Shown in pieces: positions 1-15,784 of a stretch of 64,000 nt of DNA (the first letter of the stretch is position 1; each line of letters starts with the position of its first letter). The stretch is from Paraglomus brasilianum (taxonomy: Eukaryota): contig CAJVPI010000054.1 in assembly GCA_910592345.1 (NCBI GenBank), forward strand, positions 1 to 64,000. Reading direction: 5' to 3'. The notes beneath the pieces are model-generated. The model ran no database searches. It was not told the origin of the DNA and saw only the letters and a list, made by a program, of their open reading frames with translations. A program made the position numbers and the translations under genes.

Positions 1-891
1 TCGTTAAAAGAAGGCGAAGATGCATTAAGACAGTCTTTATCGTTTCTTGAACAACAGGATAACGATAACATTAATATCCATGTAGATGATTTATCAGTCG
101 TTCTCGACTAATTAGTCAAGTTTCATATCGTAAATACAGTTATCTTTTTCGATAAATATCCACACTGATGGCCTCGGAAAGTTGGTGCCCGAATTAAAGG
201 CAGTTGACTGTACTCGTATCAAAGTATTGGTCTTCCGTTTACGCGTGATGTTCGTTTTTTCTTTCAAAACTTCCCTGATACGTTTAGCGGTGTCCTCCAT
301 TTTATTGTTGAATGCGAAACACTTTAATGCCGTCCTCGACAAGATACAGGTCGTCCTCGCCGCTCGGCAAATCGATTTCGTAACATTCCGATGAGTGTAG
401 TAAGATTAGACTGCTTATCTGCCCTGTGCAATGTGCACGAGCAACCCGTCCTCGGTATGACGGTAATCTGCTGCCTTTACATGTTGCAACCACCTCAAAC
501 TAAGATCGCGAACGAGGGTTGACGTGTAGACGGAGTAGGTCATGCCATACACCTTCAATCGAAACCCTGTAATGTCCATAAAACATCATGGCATTCTATG
601 TATAGTCGAGTCTCCTTAATGTACCACTCGATGTTTAAATTTTATTGGTTGACATGCATGACTTTATGCGGAATTTCCTTAAACACACATTTGTAGAATT
701 TAAGAAACGAAATAATAATCTCCCGTTTTACAATAATATGTTGTCGAAGATTTAAATATATAGAGAGTATTTCTGCTTAATTTTGAAAAGAGCGATTAAT
801 TTTCCGTGTTCTAAGTATGGCTAGCTTTGTAATTCAATATATCACTCGAGGACAAAATCGACATTATTAAAAGAAAAGAAGCTAATGCGTG

Positions 892-1003
892 GTGAACTCT
901 CCCTAAGTGCACCCTCCCTAAATGCACACACTATATAAACTCTCCATAAATGGTTCAGTCCCAGCTTATAAGAACATTATGTGCACTTAGGGAGAGTTCA
1001 CTG
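892..1003. mobile_element. ~110-bp MITE with 21-bp terminal inverted repeats (Tc1/mariner/pogo-like)
   Basis: gtgaactctccctaagtgcac (892-912) is the exact reverse complement of gtgcacttagggagagttcac (981-1001). The right end continues ...CTG|TA; the left CAG/TA end is degenerate. Confidence 0.7.
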
Positions 1004-1606
1004 TATTAGCCAATAAAATTTCGTGTGTTATTTAATTAACCATTTTACTATTATTATTATATCCCTGCCTCAAGTGGGGGATACGATTGCACATACTGAC
1101 CTTTAATTTTGAAAATCTCTATCGTCCATACCATACGTACTAGGTAAGTCGACAGTGATTTTTGTACCGTAGCTAATTGATTGTATTTTTCGGGGGAAAA
1201 AAATAGTGTGGAACTTAAATTATCTACTGTAACAAGGGAGTAGTCCGATGAAGTGGCGTATTATCGTGCCAATAATTTGACGCTGAGCTTCAATGGCGAA
1301 AACAGAATGCGACAATATTAACCGGGATTAATATTAATGTAAGGATCACAAACAAAAGCGCTTTGCTTTAAATTATTATATGCTTGATTTATTATTTATA
1401 CGTCTTGGAAAATCTTCCAAAGGATATACGCGCTTGACATAATCGGAAAGGGCATAGATCACAACATAAATGCCAAACAATATTACTAAATATTATAGAT
1501 TATGTTCTCTGTCGTTTATTAAACCGAAGAATTACATTAAGTGTTCTAATTCCCACATCAAAAAAGTCAAAACTATATATCTCTGTTACTATCTCAAATT
1601 AGTCCG

Positions 1607-4310
1607 TCAAACTTCAATAAAGACTTCAACAGCCTTCTTCGCTGGCTTGCCCTTATTAAGTAGAAACAGGTAAACTCTACCGGGGGGCAAGACATTTGCA
1701 TTTGGCGGCATTTGAACTTCCACATTAAATGTATTTCCTGTCTGCAGTGCACCTGTGACTTTAATTTTTACATATCTCATGCTCATATGCTGCGAATGAG
1801 TGGAAAATCCGGGATTTATCAGAGCAGCAGTAAACTTTGGATTACCTGCGCTAGTCGACACTGTTGCGGTCACTATTACTCTCTTGCCATATTTAACTCT
1901 AATAGGGGTCTCGCTAATCAATTTTGTCGATCCAGCAACCATGGTGATCTTTGGCTGTGGAACTGTAGTCAACAAGTACGGTGGAGCAAATCTCTCGGCA
2001 CGGTACTCAGTGCGGAAAACACCATCAGGAAGATAGTCTGAATTTGGATTACTTCCAGAAACAAATACACTTCCGTCAGGGATCAACGTAGCCGAGGAGT
2101 GATACATACGTGGTATTGTAGTAGGGAAGAGCTGCGTCCAGGATTTGGCGGCTGGATTATAGAGAACCGGTGTTAATACTGGGTTATCAGCAAGGTGAAT
2201 TCTTGCTCCGGATCTGCCGATCTTGTCTTTGAGGCAGAGAGGATGAGGGATGAATCATAATAGTTTAAATCGAGTTGAATGAAGAGCAAAAAGGATCAAG
2301 TTAGTAATGTGAATTAACAATCCATGATATATCCATTCCACGTAATTATGACTAAATCAACTATCACTATTTGATAGCCCCTTTATTAAAAAATACTCAC
2401 CGTATCCAGCATGTCCTTTTCCAGCTCCATTAAGCCACAAGACAGTACCATCTGCCAAATAAACAACGTCTGGCATAACTCTTGCGAATCCACCAAAGGT
2501 GTCCATTTCCCATGTAGGATTAGGGTCAGCGAGATTAATTCTTCCGCAACTGTTAGCTGCCGGAGAATTATTCGATATTTCATTACTCCCGCCACAAATC
2601 ATTACTACTGGTGTGTAGCCATTTTTGTAATCCAACGGAAGCAATACGGACGATCCAGTCAATGGGTACGAACGCGGAGGACCGGGTAAGTCGGGAAGCT
2701 TTTTAATCTCAGTCTTGGTAATATAATCCCAAAGAACGGCCTTATTATTCGCAAAGAGGAAGAGTGTGTTCTGGGACGCAGGACCGGGCACAACGTGTAT
2801 TACGGGATAAAGATTATACGGGAAAGTGTCGATAAGGAATTGAATTGGTACCCCTGGTGGAGAAGTGTCTTTTGGATAGAATTCAAAGGTCGGGTTTTGT
2901 ATGGATACAGTGTTTACACCTGCTCCCTTTGTTGAGCCGCCGAGGATAAATACTCGGCCATCCGGAAGGCTACAAGTTGTAATAGCAGATAAGAAATTAA
3001 AGAAATATCATAAATATGCGATACAGGAAAATCTATCTTCCCGAGACTCTCTATTTCAAATTTTCACCCCTCCCTACCCCTTCCTTACACTAATTCTTCT
3101 ACCTAGATACTTACGAGGCCATACCGTTATACCATCTAGCAGAGTTCAAATAAGTTGGCCACTCGAGCCAATTGCATGTTCCATCCATACATGGTGTGTA
3201 TTGACGAACCGTTTGGAATCCGTTCGCAGACTTTATGTCACCAGGCTATGGATTGAAGGAAAACGATGAGCGGTTGGCGATATAATTATTTGTGTAATAG
3301 GAAATTTCGGAAGGGCGATTAAAGATGTAAAACATTTGTTCATATCCATTGCATAGCCATTTGCATGCAATAAACGCCTACATTCCTTCCTATCCGATCC
3401 TGTCTACTTACCGTGTCCTCAGCACCCCCAGTCTCAAGAAGCGTGCCATTTCCGAGGAATGATCCAGCAGAACAGAACGTATTTGTTCTGAGGTCTAGTA
3501 CCCGGAAGAGGTTTGTGTTGAGGTCGTATTCGACAGAGTGTGCATTCAAGCCGTCTGAAGTAATGGCAAAGGGGTTTTTCTCGGCTAATTATGGTACAAA
3601 AAATAACAAAGATTATTAATGTTATGGTTTGTGGATGCGAGAAATGGTCCAATGTGTGTGCTTAGACAGTTGCTACTTTATATGCTCGCCGGCATTGTAT
3701 CATGCGATGAACATGACTGCCGAACGTGATTATTACATAATATGCTTTCCTCACAACCGCCTTAAAATTTTTTCCTCAACATACCTTTATCAATAATTAA
3801 GATCTTATTGGGAGAAGTAAGCACGATATGCATAGCAGCAATGCCGGTATGCCCAATGACCTGCCAGGTGCCTTTTAAGTTGTTGCCGGTTACTGGACCC
3901 TTTGGAATTAACGGTTGGCCCGCAGAGGGGGGAGGCGGAGGCGGAGGGGCACTGCCTCCTGGAACAACGCATTGCTTGTTGAAGGAGTATACTGGATCGC
4001 ATCCAGTTTGACAATGTGCTGGTGTGCTGCCGCACCTGTTTTGTTGGAAAAAAGCAGTGTAAAATGTCAAAAATGTTTGGGCTAATCAGATTACTAATAT
4101 ATTCGGCTCTTAACTAAATCGGGTTAAACTGGTCTCCCAGCACTAAATATTTGTTTTTTCCCTTTCAACTTACCACCCGTAAGACGAACAACAAGGCTCG
4201 GTAGGATCTCCACAAGATGCCCCTATATTCTTTCCACAATTCTGCGCAACGGCAGCATCGAGCAGGGCGAACGCGAGGAGGGATAATGACAGTAGCTTGA
4301 TAGATTTCAT
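1607..4310 (-). CDS. Secreted copper radical oxidase (glyoxal oxidase-like, CAZy AA5) with N-terminal hevein/CBM18 chitin-binding domain; 6 exons
   Basis: Spliced translation: signal peptide MKSIKLLSLSLLAFALLDAAVA, then [34 protein letters not shown] (hevein pattern) and a PPPPPPP linker. AA5 motifs follow: AAMH, NTFCSAG, ARWY, LPDGRVFILGG, PRMYHSSATL, FSTHS. GT-AG introns keep the frame. Confidence 0.93.
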
Positions 4311-4367
4311 TGTGAGACTGTCGGAATTGTATTTAAAAAGTCGAAACGAAGGAATGTGATAAGAGAA

Positions 4368-4445
4368 AAGGGTGTATGAAGTGTTGATATGTATAGGGTG
4401 TATGAAGTGTTGATATGTATAGGGTGTAGGGTGTAGGGTGTAGTG
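4368..4445. repeat. Short tandem repeat (agggtgtatgaagtgttgatatgtat x2, then agggtgt units) just upstream of the oxidase
   Basis: Directly visible tandem copies. Confidence 0.7.
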
Positions 4446-6418
4446 TAGGTATAAGGTGTAAATATGGTAATCTAGAGAGTGTGATTATTGTTAACCTTGT
4501 TATAACGAGAATAAGCTTTACACCAGGTAATGATAGAGTTGGATTATACAATTCCTTTATCTATAGAGAACATGTAATAACAACACCCTAAATGTTATTA
4601 TTGTTAATAATTATCCCTCGTCGGCACCTGGCAAGCAATAGTTGGTATTGCCTAGCAAATTATCCAAGCGGCCTTTCGTTTTGATAATAAATTTGGACAA
4701 GACGAAAATACAAACATTCTGGTGAAGGGATTATATGTGTAAATTGAATCGTTTGCACAAAGCACGAATCTTTTTAACGTGGTTATTAATAGAAAGAAAT
4801 ATGCAAGAAAATCTCCGAGCGATGAAAAAGGAAGGCAAGACAACCATTTTTAAGTGATACATTTACTTATTAGGAATATATTGAAGTTGCATAAGAATAG
4901 CACTGGTTCAAATTATTAATCCCTACAGATTATGAACAAACTGTCTCTACAACGTTGTGTACGAAGGACATATTTAGCTCATCTTCACGAATATACCACA
5001 GTGCTCGTTACTGGTCATGAATTTGGAGTTTTAGAGCTTATTATTATATGTATCATAGCACGTTTTATTCATCAGTCAAACTTGGGCAGACTATATCTTA
5101 CCATTTATGGACTTCACTCGCGTTCGACTTTCGTGCTTGCAGTAATCCTATTTATCAACTTGCTGTTTCATAATAATAATACTGTACGATAAACTTTTCT
5201 CTTAGAGGTCAGCTTAAAAGAGCACCTTTATTTGAATGGGCCATTGCTCTCGGGCTTCCAAAATAAGCATTTGGCATCGTGCTTTTCCATTTCAGATCTC
5301 TTCGAGTGCTAAAAACGCATATTTTCTTGTACAATTATCTATTGCCTTCTCTAATCCAGCACGTCGAGGTGTTGTAACGCACCTGTTTGTTAGTTTACGC
5401 AAAGAGCCAAGTCATTTGCATAATGTCTTACGATTATTATTATTATTAATTACACAGATTGCATATAACAAACACTATTGTTCGGTGTTCCCCATATATA
5501 ATAATAAACATTATTATTGTAATAGCAAGTTTCAACAAGCTTCTGTTTCGAGAAGCATGAAGTTCTTCAGCTGCTGGAAGATAGGACAATGGTATGCAGA
5601 AAAAAAACGCTAAATCGCCAAGAATTTGATATCTTAGATCCGGTACAACTATAATAATAATGTCGTGCCAATGTTACATCTACAAAATAGAAAATTCCCA
5701 GTAAAGCGGAGTGGATTAGATAATTGTTGGTGGTTTGTGTGACAAAAACTGTGCATTATACAGTAGAGAGTTTCTATATACCGTAGTCGCTCTCACGCAT
5801 TGGCGGGCATGAAAATTCTACTCGCTCAAGGCTTTAACTCGGGCGCATATCAACAGTACTTATCGCTAAGCAAAGAGATATCCGCTATAGCAATGGGTCA
5901 CTATAATTGTGTATTGCGGATTAAGCAATTACTCCTGCATAAAGATTCATCCACGGTATCCGGCCAAAAAAGAAGGTTCCTACTAATTACTTTACAGAAT
6001 TTATCCATAAACGACTTTTATTTCATCAGTATTCAATAAAGTTAAATTTGATGACTTGACAAGTAAAAACCCGTCGCAGGGAAAAGGAAACTTGCCGCAT
6101 GTTACTATGTTACTTATCACGTTAATCCGTGTCTTCTAGGCGTATATATTAGTAAATATAAACAGATCAATTATATTGCGCATAGCGATGCACAACATAC
6201 CCACTTGCCATGCTGACGTCGAGTGGGTATGTGATATTCCAACAGTTTACGCGGACGGAAACTTTGGTTTGATTATTATGATAGTAGGTTTGGCTAGTTA
6301 TCGGTAGAGAATTCTTTATGCTTGAGCATAAGACCACGATGGCTCACTAAAGGTTGCCATGCGGACTTTTTTGAGTTTGCTGACGTGGTCCACCCAGGAA
6401 TCAAAGTTTGGATTATCA

Positions 6419-6516
6419 TTGTTGTACCTCAGTTGGGGACCTGTCTCAATTCTGGACCAGAACAACTGAGTGACTGGGTTCTGAACTGAGGCAGGTCCCC
6501 AACTGAGGTACAACAA
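6419..6516. repeat. ~100-bp foldback/palindromic element
   Basis: ttgttgtacctcagttggggacctg (6419-6443) is the exact reverse complement of caggtccccaactgaggtacaacaa (6492-6516). Inner arms are also partly complementary. Confidence 0.8.
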
Positions 6517-6649
6517 ATACACGTAAAATGCCAAGTTTTGTAAACAATCTACAACGCGTTTTTATAAAATAAATAGTGCCTTCTAACCCATTTGTAAACA
6601 GATTCAACAGATTTTATCTTGTATTATTCCTGGAAAAAATATTACTGAA

Positions 6650-6970
6650 ATGCCATTATCGATTCAAGAAAGACAACGCCAAGTCATACATTTTTAGACA
6701 CAGGGCATAGCCAATGCGAAAGAAATACAAAAATTAACTAATATTACCATTACCATTATTTACAGAAATTTTAAAAAATTAAATACAAAAGGAAAATATG
6801 ACAGAAAAGAGAAAGTGGACATCCTCGAAAGCAATGCGGGCAATATCTGCGTCGTGTCTACCCGAACATTGGCAAATAAGTTACTAGTAAATGACACAAA
6901 TGTATCACATATGACAATATCGCGTCATTTGGCTAAGTTAGATTATGAAAACAGACTTCTCTTAGCTACA
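6650..6970 (+). pseudogene. Tc1/mariner transposase N-terminal HTH remnant
   Basis: MPLSIQERQRQVIHF*TQGIANAKEIQKLTNITITIIYRNFKKL...SGHPRK (GRPRK-like), with a stop codon and frameshifts. Confidence 0.65.
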
Positions 6971-8723
6971 CGCACTATGATTCCTTAATTAATTCATCAA
7001 ACTCCATGAGAAGCAGATGTGAGCAAATAAAGTATAAATACAGCTACTTTCAAGCTTTAACACACAATTTCTGTTTGCTACATTTATATACCCGCTCTCT
7101 CGAGCAATGAGTAATAAAAAAATTTGTTACTCGCTGTATATGATTTGGTTTGTGGCTTGAGGTGGACATATTCACGTAACGTGTTAATTTATATGAATTT
7201 AGTTTCGATGAATTGCTTCTTGTTGGGAAAGAAACAATTGCTACTGTTTTCTACGGCAATAATAGAGTTTAAATCTGAAACTCAAGTTTGCGTTTGCAAT
7301 TTTATTTAAATACGCTTTTCAATTATCTGAAGTTATTCATGCTCAGGGTTTGAAGCATCATAAGTCACGTAAACAAACAGATTAGTTTACGGCAAGTTCT
7401 ATTCTAAGTCACATATTTCATCTTATTTACCATTGATTTCCATTATTTCATTTATATTTCACATGTAAATAAGGAAGTTTTACAATAGAATTCTTTTATC
7501 GTTACTATGGACCAGCGGTTTGCTAACTTTATTTCTCCAGCCTAGAAATGTTGTCCTTTTAAAGCTTAGTTTACGGCTTCTTTTTTCTTTAATAGGATAT
7601 AATGCGATCAAAATCATTTGACAACGGCGTGGTGTTTACTTGCCTGCCTCGCGCAGGCTTTACACTGAATAGCTGAGGGTTTGTCATTGTCGGTCCAACT
7701 ATGCGGGAGTAAACTATCAATTTATTGCGAATGAACTGCCCTCATAATTAACTAATGCCAAACTATTTTTTGGTTAGCTGCTCCATGATGATTATCAAAA
7801 ACGCTCGCACTTAATCTGGGAGTAGTTCTAATAAGTTCTATACGTTTCACGTGTTGTAGGTGAAAACGTAATTTCCTCATTCAGTTTATAAGAGTGAATC
7901 AAGCAGTATTAAACATTCGAGAGTTGATAATACGTCTCTCAGAAGAGTCTATATTGCATACTTTCCCAGGACATGCAATATCTATGAACATTGACAGATA
8001 TTAGGAATCCTGTTCATCCATTGTCATGGCAAGTCTGCTAGCAGCCTATCTTCCGTTTTGCTTGATTCAATAAAGTATTCTGTCAACTTTCTCAACGTTA
8101 ACCCTTACTGTAATGATCAAATTCTCTATTAAACTGACCATATTTCAAGTAAAAGTCATTAATATTAATGGATGTTTGACACATCCAGCAATTACAACAA
8201 CTATTTTCAAGACGGGGATATCGAAAAGATGCACGCATTAAAATCTTTGCGATTCTGTCCTTTTGTTTTCACCACCGATGCCCACCGTTAAAATTGTCGT
8301 TATCTGCATCATGGTCAGTTGTATTATCATTAATTCGGTTATTACTACATCATCAAACAGCAATAACTACGGAAGGAAATTATAAACCTCTGTTTTCTTT
8401 TCCATATGCCATACTCACGAGGCAGGTAAAGCCCAATACAAGTTATTGATCTGATAGTCATCATCGTTTTATACTTGCGTATGACATTGGAAGAGGATCT
8501 TATCCAAGAACAGAATAGTTTATTTTGAAATCGACGTTGCGTTTTCCTGTTGAACAAAGTCTTTGCTATTACAAGGCGTTGGTATTTTATTTAAGACTAC
8601 ATCACCGACAGGGTACCATGAAGACAGACTCCAAAGCTTTTTCCCTTCTCTTTTGAATACTTTTACTTAACGAGACCAAGAATAGATTCTTATTTATTAA
8701 CTAGGAGTGTGATAGCATCTAAA

Positions 8724-10125
<1,402 letters not shown>

Positions 10126-12183
10126 TGCAGAGTTCTGTATGAGTCTATCAGCACAAAATTCAAATGTAGTTAGTTCACGAGCTATGCTTCGATAGGATAT
10201 CGATGTATCTTCGGAAGCTTTCTTCCTTTGCACCGATGAAATCACAAAGGTGAACCGTTGGATGAATGGAAGAATGCATGGATGCCTGCGTACCACTTAC
10301 TGAGAGGGATAAAAGTTAGAGGGGAAAGTTACTACGCCAGCATGTTCGAAGGATGATGATATTGTTGATATTGTGACGTCATCAAAAGGAGGCGTAATAG
10401 TAATACAAAGGCACAGTTTTCTGATTACATCAACCCCTAACTACCTGGAGTAAGCATATTAGTATCCCATTCATTTGCAATAGTAATAGTACGACTTCTT
10501 TCATTGTAATCAACGTAGTAATAGGTTTTTGGGAACAAAGTTGGCCAGCACAGGTCTCCTAGATTGCTATCTAAAACAAATTAGTAAAATATGAATTTTA
10601 AAAAATAGTGTTCATTTGGAAATACATCTTTTATTAACAGCCAAGTCAAGTCTTGGGGCCATTAAGAGAGTGTAATTGTCTGTGAAACAGAATCAATGGC
10701 ATTGTATCCGAGTTAATTTCAACGCTTAGAGTTTAATTTTTATTCAAGAACATTTATGTATCTTATTATTTCATAAACTACGTGATTTACATTCAACGTG
10801 AATTGCTGCTAGTTATCGTTATATGCATTTTTTTATTAAAGGAACTCTCGATTGACATGTATGGGGGAGGGACTTGAGACAATTCCTCAACATCGTAATA
10901 CTTTAAGTCCGTAGTAAGAGAAAATTATAAACGTAACATAATAACGTGTAAATGTAAAGGGTGAACTGATCACGAGAGCTTCTTAATTCTCACATGAAAA
11001 TATCCTTTGCAACAAAAATAGCTCAAAAGTATAAGCATTTAATATAATATACTGTGTCGCCAACCGTATTTTGAGAACAAAATTATAATACCATTCTACC
11101 GCGCAACACGACAATAAGCACCGGGTGGAGACATTCCAATGTCTTACTTTTACTTCTAATAAAGTCACGGACAGGAAACAGACCTAGATTTCACCGCTAT
11201 CGGACTCCAAATCATGGTACGAGACAAATGTCACCGTTATAGAACTGGGACCTACATAGTCATTATTTCTAACATGATGTCCGCATACATAACACGTCGT
11301 TTCTAAAACGGTAAGTATAGCGTTGTAAATGAAACCAGTTCCCTGCATTCAGCCGAAGCCAAAGTGTTCAAGTAAGAAACCACCACCCAATACATTCTGA
11401 TATAATAGAACTTGAGCTAGATGCAACTTTCTCAATCAATTATAAATTGTATTGGATATTCTTTGGATTTTGTATCAACTACTTTTGCTCTCACTCCAAA
11501 TATGGTGACCGTTTCCAATGTTCATAAATGACTTGTGCATTAATCTGAAAACCAAATATCAAGCCTGACATTTTTAGCATGCCGAGAGAATTATGTCACT
11601 GTCCTGTTAATTCCGAAAGGTGTAATGTCATTTGCACGTGAAATTTAAAAATACTACAGAAAATGTCCTCAACTAAAAAAAAGCCATCCGGTGAAACGCC
11701 TTTTCCCCGCCGGATCTGGTCTTGAGCAATGGTAAAATCTAAGCCCCATTACGAGATGCAGTCAAAAATATTGAGCATGTCGTCATCTCAAATCTCACCG
11801 AAAAGGTAGGACGATATTGGCAAAAGTAGAGCCGGTCATCCGCGATACAAATATACCAAGCCAGCCATTAGACATAGTTGCATTATTTCCTGTTTGTCTT
11901 TTGCAGAACTTAACTTTTATTGCTGTCTGAAGGTGTCCCACACTGTAACATCTGGTTATCCTGTTGCTATTATATGAACAATAAACGAGTTAGCCGCGTT
12001 TTATCCTCAATAATTAAAAGGTATTCACGGATTCTCAAAATTTCATCGTGACTTTTTATTCGCTCATATGTCCTTGTAGAGCGATTGGCTTTCCAATCAT
12101 TATAAAAATGTTGACGTGTCAATTAAGGGATGTTTAACAACAAAATTTTGAGAATCAGCATATCAATATTGTAAGTAGATGCA

Positions 12184-13319
12184 TCACGGACATACCTTTT
12201 GCTTTTCTTCCCAAGCCTTTATTTCTACTAGCTCTTCAGTCCAGGGGTAGTTCGGCATATATTTCACATTCTCCGTGATCATTACCAAATAATCCTTATC
12301 ATCCAGACTCGAACACGTCTCCCACATCTCATCGAATTCTTTTTCAACCTGATCAGTGCCAATTCTCACCCACATGTCCTCCCTATGGCGCTTACTCTTT
12401 AGTAATGCAAAAACGTAATAACCACTATGTAATAGGGTATATATAATCGCAAAACAAGAGCATTGAAAAGCAGTGTTGTGGCTTACCCTCTCCCTATCAT
12501 CTTCTATCCGTCTTAACATGTCAGTACGACTCAATTCCTCCAATTCTTCTTCCTCGTCTCTAATTTATTATAAATGCTCGTCAACCTAGTTAACTTTGAT
12601 GTGAATTGCAATCGATGAGTGATTATACTGTTTTTGTGGACTCACGCTATTTGGCGATTCTTCAACCAGAGTAAAGAGCCTTCTATAGGCTGCAAAGCAA
12701 GAATTTCTTTGCTTTTCCAACTCGTTAATACCTAATTAATTATGGAAAAGCTTTTTAATAGATAGTTGATATGCAATTTTCGTATACAGACCATGAGCAT
12801 CTAAACCAGCAACATCGTCTATTGTAGACATGATAACTCACAATGAACATTCATCTGTATTTGTACAAGACAATTCCCTCACATTTTCGTACCTTATACG
12901 CGCTGTGAGAATTCATTTCGCCTTGACTATTCTCTGGGGCGATCATTTGTATTATATTCACCAAATTCTTCTCTATAAGCTCTTTATACTCTTGCATATT
13001 CATCTGAAAGGCATTCTCACAGAGAGAGTCTAAAAGATATAAGATATTGAGGCGAGAGTACACCGACAACTGATCAGGACCAAAGATCATGTAAGCATGC
13101 AGATTAACCATTAATTCATGTCATTGCAAAACCGGTCATGTATTCTACCTCCATCAAAACCTCCATAATACATGCAAACAGGTCTTCATATCGATGTCTA
13201 TGTCTTAATGCAAACTTTACAGCTTTCTGTATTGAGAGTTGTGAGGCATTTAGCTTCTTTAGCAGGGCCAGAAATGCCATACGTGCTGCAAACGGATCTA
13301 TTTGACGATGGTGTTCCAT
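12184..13319 (-). CDS. CTK3: RNA Pol II CTD kinase I gamma subunit (CTK3-like), multi-exon
   Basis: N-terminal DPFAARMAFLALLKKLNASQLSIQKAVKFAL, middle RLNILYLLDSL, C-terminal LRRIEDDRER-SKRHREDMW...EFDEMWE; exons separated by GT-AG introns. Confidence 0.85.
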
Positions 13320-14463
13320 CTATGCTATAGAATTGTATTGGGACAGCAACAAAACCAAAATAAATGTAAGCTGGTGTGGCTGATGCTTAGTGGTACGACA
13401 ATGGCTCGTGCATTTGATCAATTAAAACGAATGCACATATTAATATACTCTTTTATTAAATCCCTGCGTCCTCGCAAAATTTTAAATTTTTATACTAAAT
13501 AGAAAAAAAGTTGGTTTAATCTGATGTCGTCACAATTAATATCTCTGAAATATCAAATATGAATGCAATGGATTTGTTAAACTATCACGCTCTACTTTGA
13601 GTCCGTACTCACAATAGGCATAAAGGGCCATAATGGTCTATGAGGTTTGCTACCTTGACAGCATGGCGGAAAGATAAGCCATTAAATTAATAATGTTAAT
13701 ATTAATGAGTAACCTTTTGTTACTGGTATTAGTATTATTATTAATCCATTGTTGTCTGACATTTTTTATCTTAGATAAATTGCAATAAATATAAATGTGA
13801 GTCTCTGTGCTGTATATACAATTAAAACAATAGCGTGGAGAGGGCTAGAAAGTTTCTATATTGATTAAGCCATGACCCGTGTGGATATAAATACAGTGAA
13901 ATTTTGATATAACGGATGTACCTTCTCTCCCGATAAAACGCTAGCTCGAGTTACTAGTTAGATATAATTTTGTAGGTACCAATTGAAAGCTCGTGTACGC
14001 GTCTTTGTTATTTTTACGCCATACAAAATAAGTTATAAATGAAGTAATAGATTGCCCGGATTTTGAATTCATCTCGAACGTCGCTTGCGCAATCGTTATT
14101 GAGACAGACAGAAAGGCAGGGTTGACTAGCCTTTCAGGAAGAGGATGACGCCCATCCACCATATTATATGCGCTCAGTTTCTTCTAAACAAAAAAACACT
14201 TAGCAGCTTTTACATTTGATACAGTGACATCGTTAGGAATTGACGTCATGGAAAGATTGAAGAGAAGGAAGAAGATGAGAAGGAGCATACGAAGACAGAA
14301 GAACGCAGTCACCATGGTACCCTGCCATTAATCTGATACCACCCGGACCTTCACTTATTCGCGGTGGTATATAATTTGCAGCGACTCCACATTTTTTAAT
14401 ACCAACCACAGTCTCTTCCGTGCCAGCGATTCCTCCATAATTCCCTGCTATCTATTGTTTTAC

Positions 14464-14539
14464 AAATAATCACATGATTTGCATTTTTCAATTTTGGCCA
14501 CACGAATTGAAATTTGTTGGCTTAAGGTGGCATGCACTG
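14464..14539 (-). mobile_element. Solo terminal fragment of the MITE family at 20295-21223
   Basis: Near-identical reverse complement of 20295-20370; ends ...tgcactg|TA. Confidence 0.75.
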
Positions 14540-14676
14540 TAATAAAGGAACGCAAAACTCCACTGTGTCGATCTTCTATACTGTTAACACGACAATAACA
14601 CATTACCATAAATTATGCAATCGATTGTCTGACGTCTGCAGATTTTGAGTCATCTGAGTATTTGTTAAACTATGTA

Positions 14677-15199
14677 CGGGGGTGAAATAAACGATGCATA
14701 ATTTCATTACGACGCGTTTTTGTTTATTATTTTATATACCGATCAACAAAGCAAATGCTATTTATGTAATATATACTGTTTTTCTAAATAAAAATCAATT
14801 TGTTTTAGAGGTTTAAAAAAGTGCAATTATTATTATTACCGCATTTTACCGCATAATATGAAGCTTAAAAAAACTTACTCCGGAACAGAAGGGAGGCATT
14901 ATTGCATGCAATAAACTTGGAGTTACACAAGAAAAATCGCCGAAGTTGTAGAATGTACTCAGTCAGCGGTTTCTCGGTTTTTATCATCAAAAACATTTAT
15001 CAAAAAACGAACAGGACGTCCACCATGAATTAGAAGAGATGGTACAGAAGAATGGGCAGCGAATCATATCGTAATTCAATTAAATCTATGCCTCGCAGAA
15101 TTCAAGCTGTGAAGGTGGACATACAAAATGTTGAATTGTACAATTGTAAATAAATATGCCGTTTTTATAAATTATGCATCATTTATTCCACCCCCCCCC
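14677..15199 (+). mobile_element. Internally deleted Tc1-family transposon
   Basis: TA-flanked TIRs (ggggtgaaataaacgatgcataattt ... aaattatgcatcatttattccacccc). Internal transposase pieces KLTPEQKGGII, IAEVVECTQSAVSRFL, KRTGRPP and C-terminal SMPRRIQAV..GGHTK. Confidence 0.85.
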
Positions 15200-15784
15200 T
15201 ATAAATAAAGATCTGACATGAAACAGCAGAGTAACCATGATCATGATGGAACCATGTTATCGATATATTTACAATTTGTTGCTACTTGTGTTGATTGTCG
15301 AGAGCCCTCTATACGATGTTCTTTATGCACCCACGTCAACGATGTGTCTACTTTTAACAATACAACAACTCCTCCATATTAATGGCACAGATGCAGTAGG
15401 TTAGTTATATGAAATGTGATTGTCTTTCCTTTACGCAGCAATAAATATATAGTATTTCCATCGTCAATTACTTTATACACAGTGAAAGCAGACTGTTTGG
15501 GACCGCGTTTTAACCCGTAATATCGACTTGTGAGTTTTATATCAGATATTATTTAGTAAACAATTGCTGATCAAAGCTTGATCGAATTGTCTATCTACGT
15601 TGAAGACAGTCAGATATTAGTTGAAATAATCAAGATCGAAAGGACGGAAAGCGTCTACGACGTCAACGGCAGCATTAATGGTAACTGTCGTTTGTCCGGT
15701 AACATCTCAGACAACCGTTTGGATCAATTCATGTGAATCGTTGATACAAACAAGTCAAGAATAGTACTGTATATAGAGTAAATA

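Noticed and set aside
1..600. Short overlapping ORFs at the window start
   Set aside because: No recognisable motif and multiple stops; possibly a gene end or pseudogene, but not supportable.
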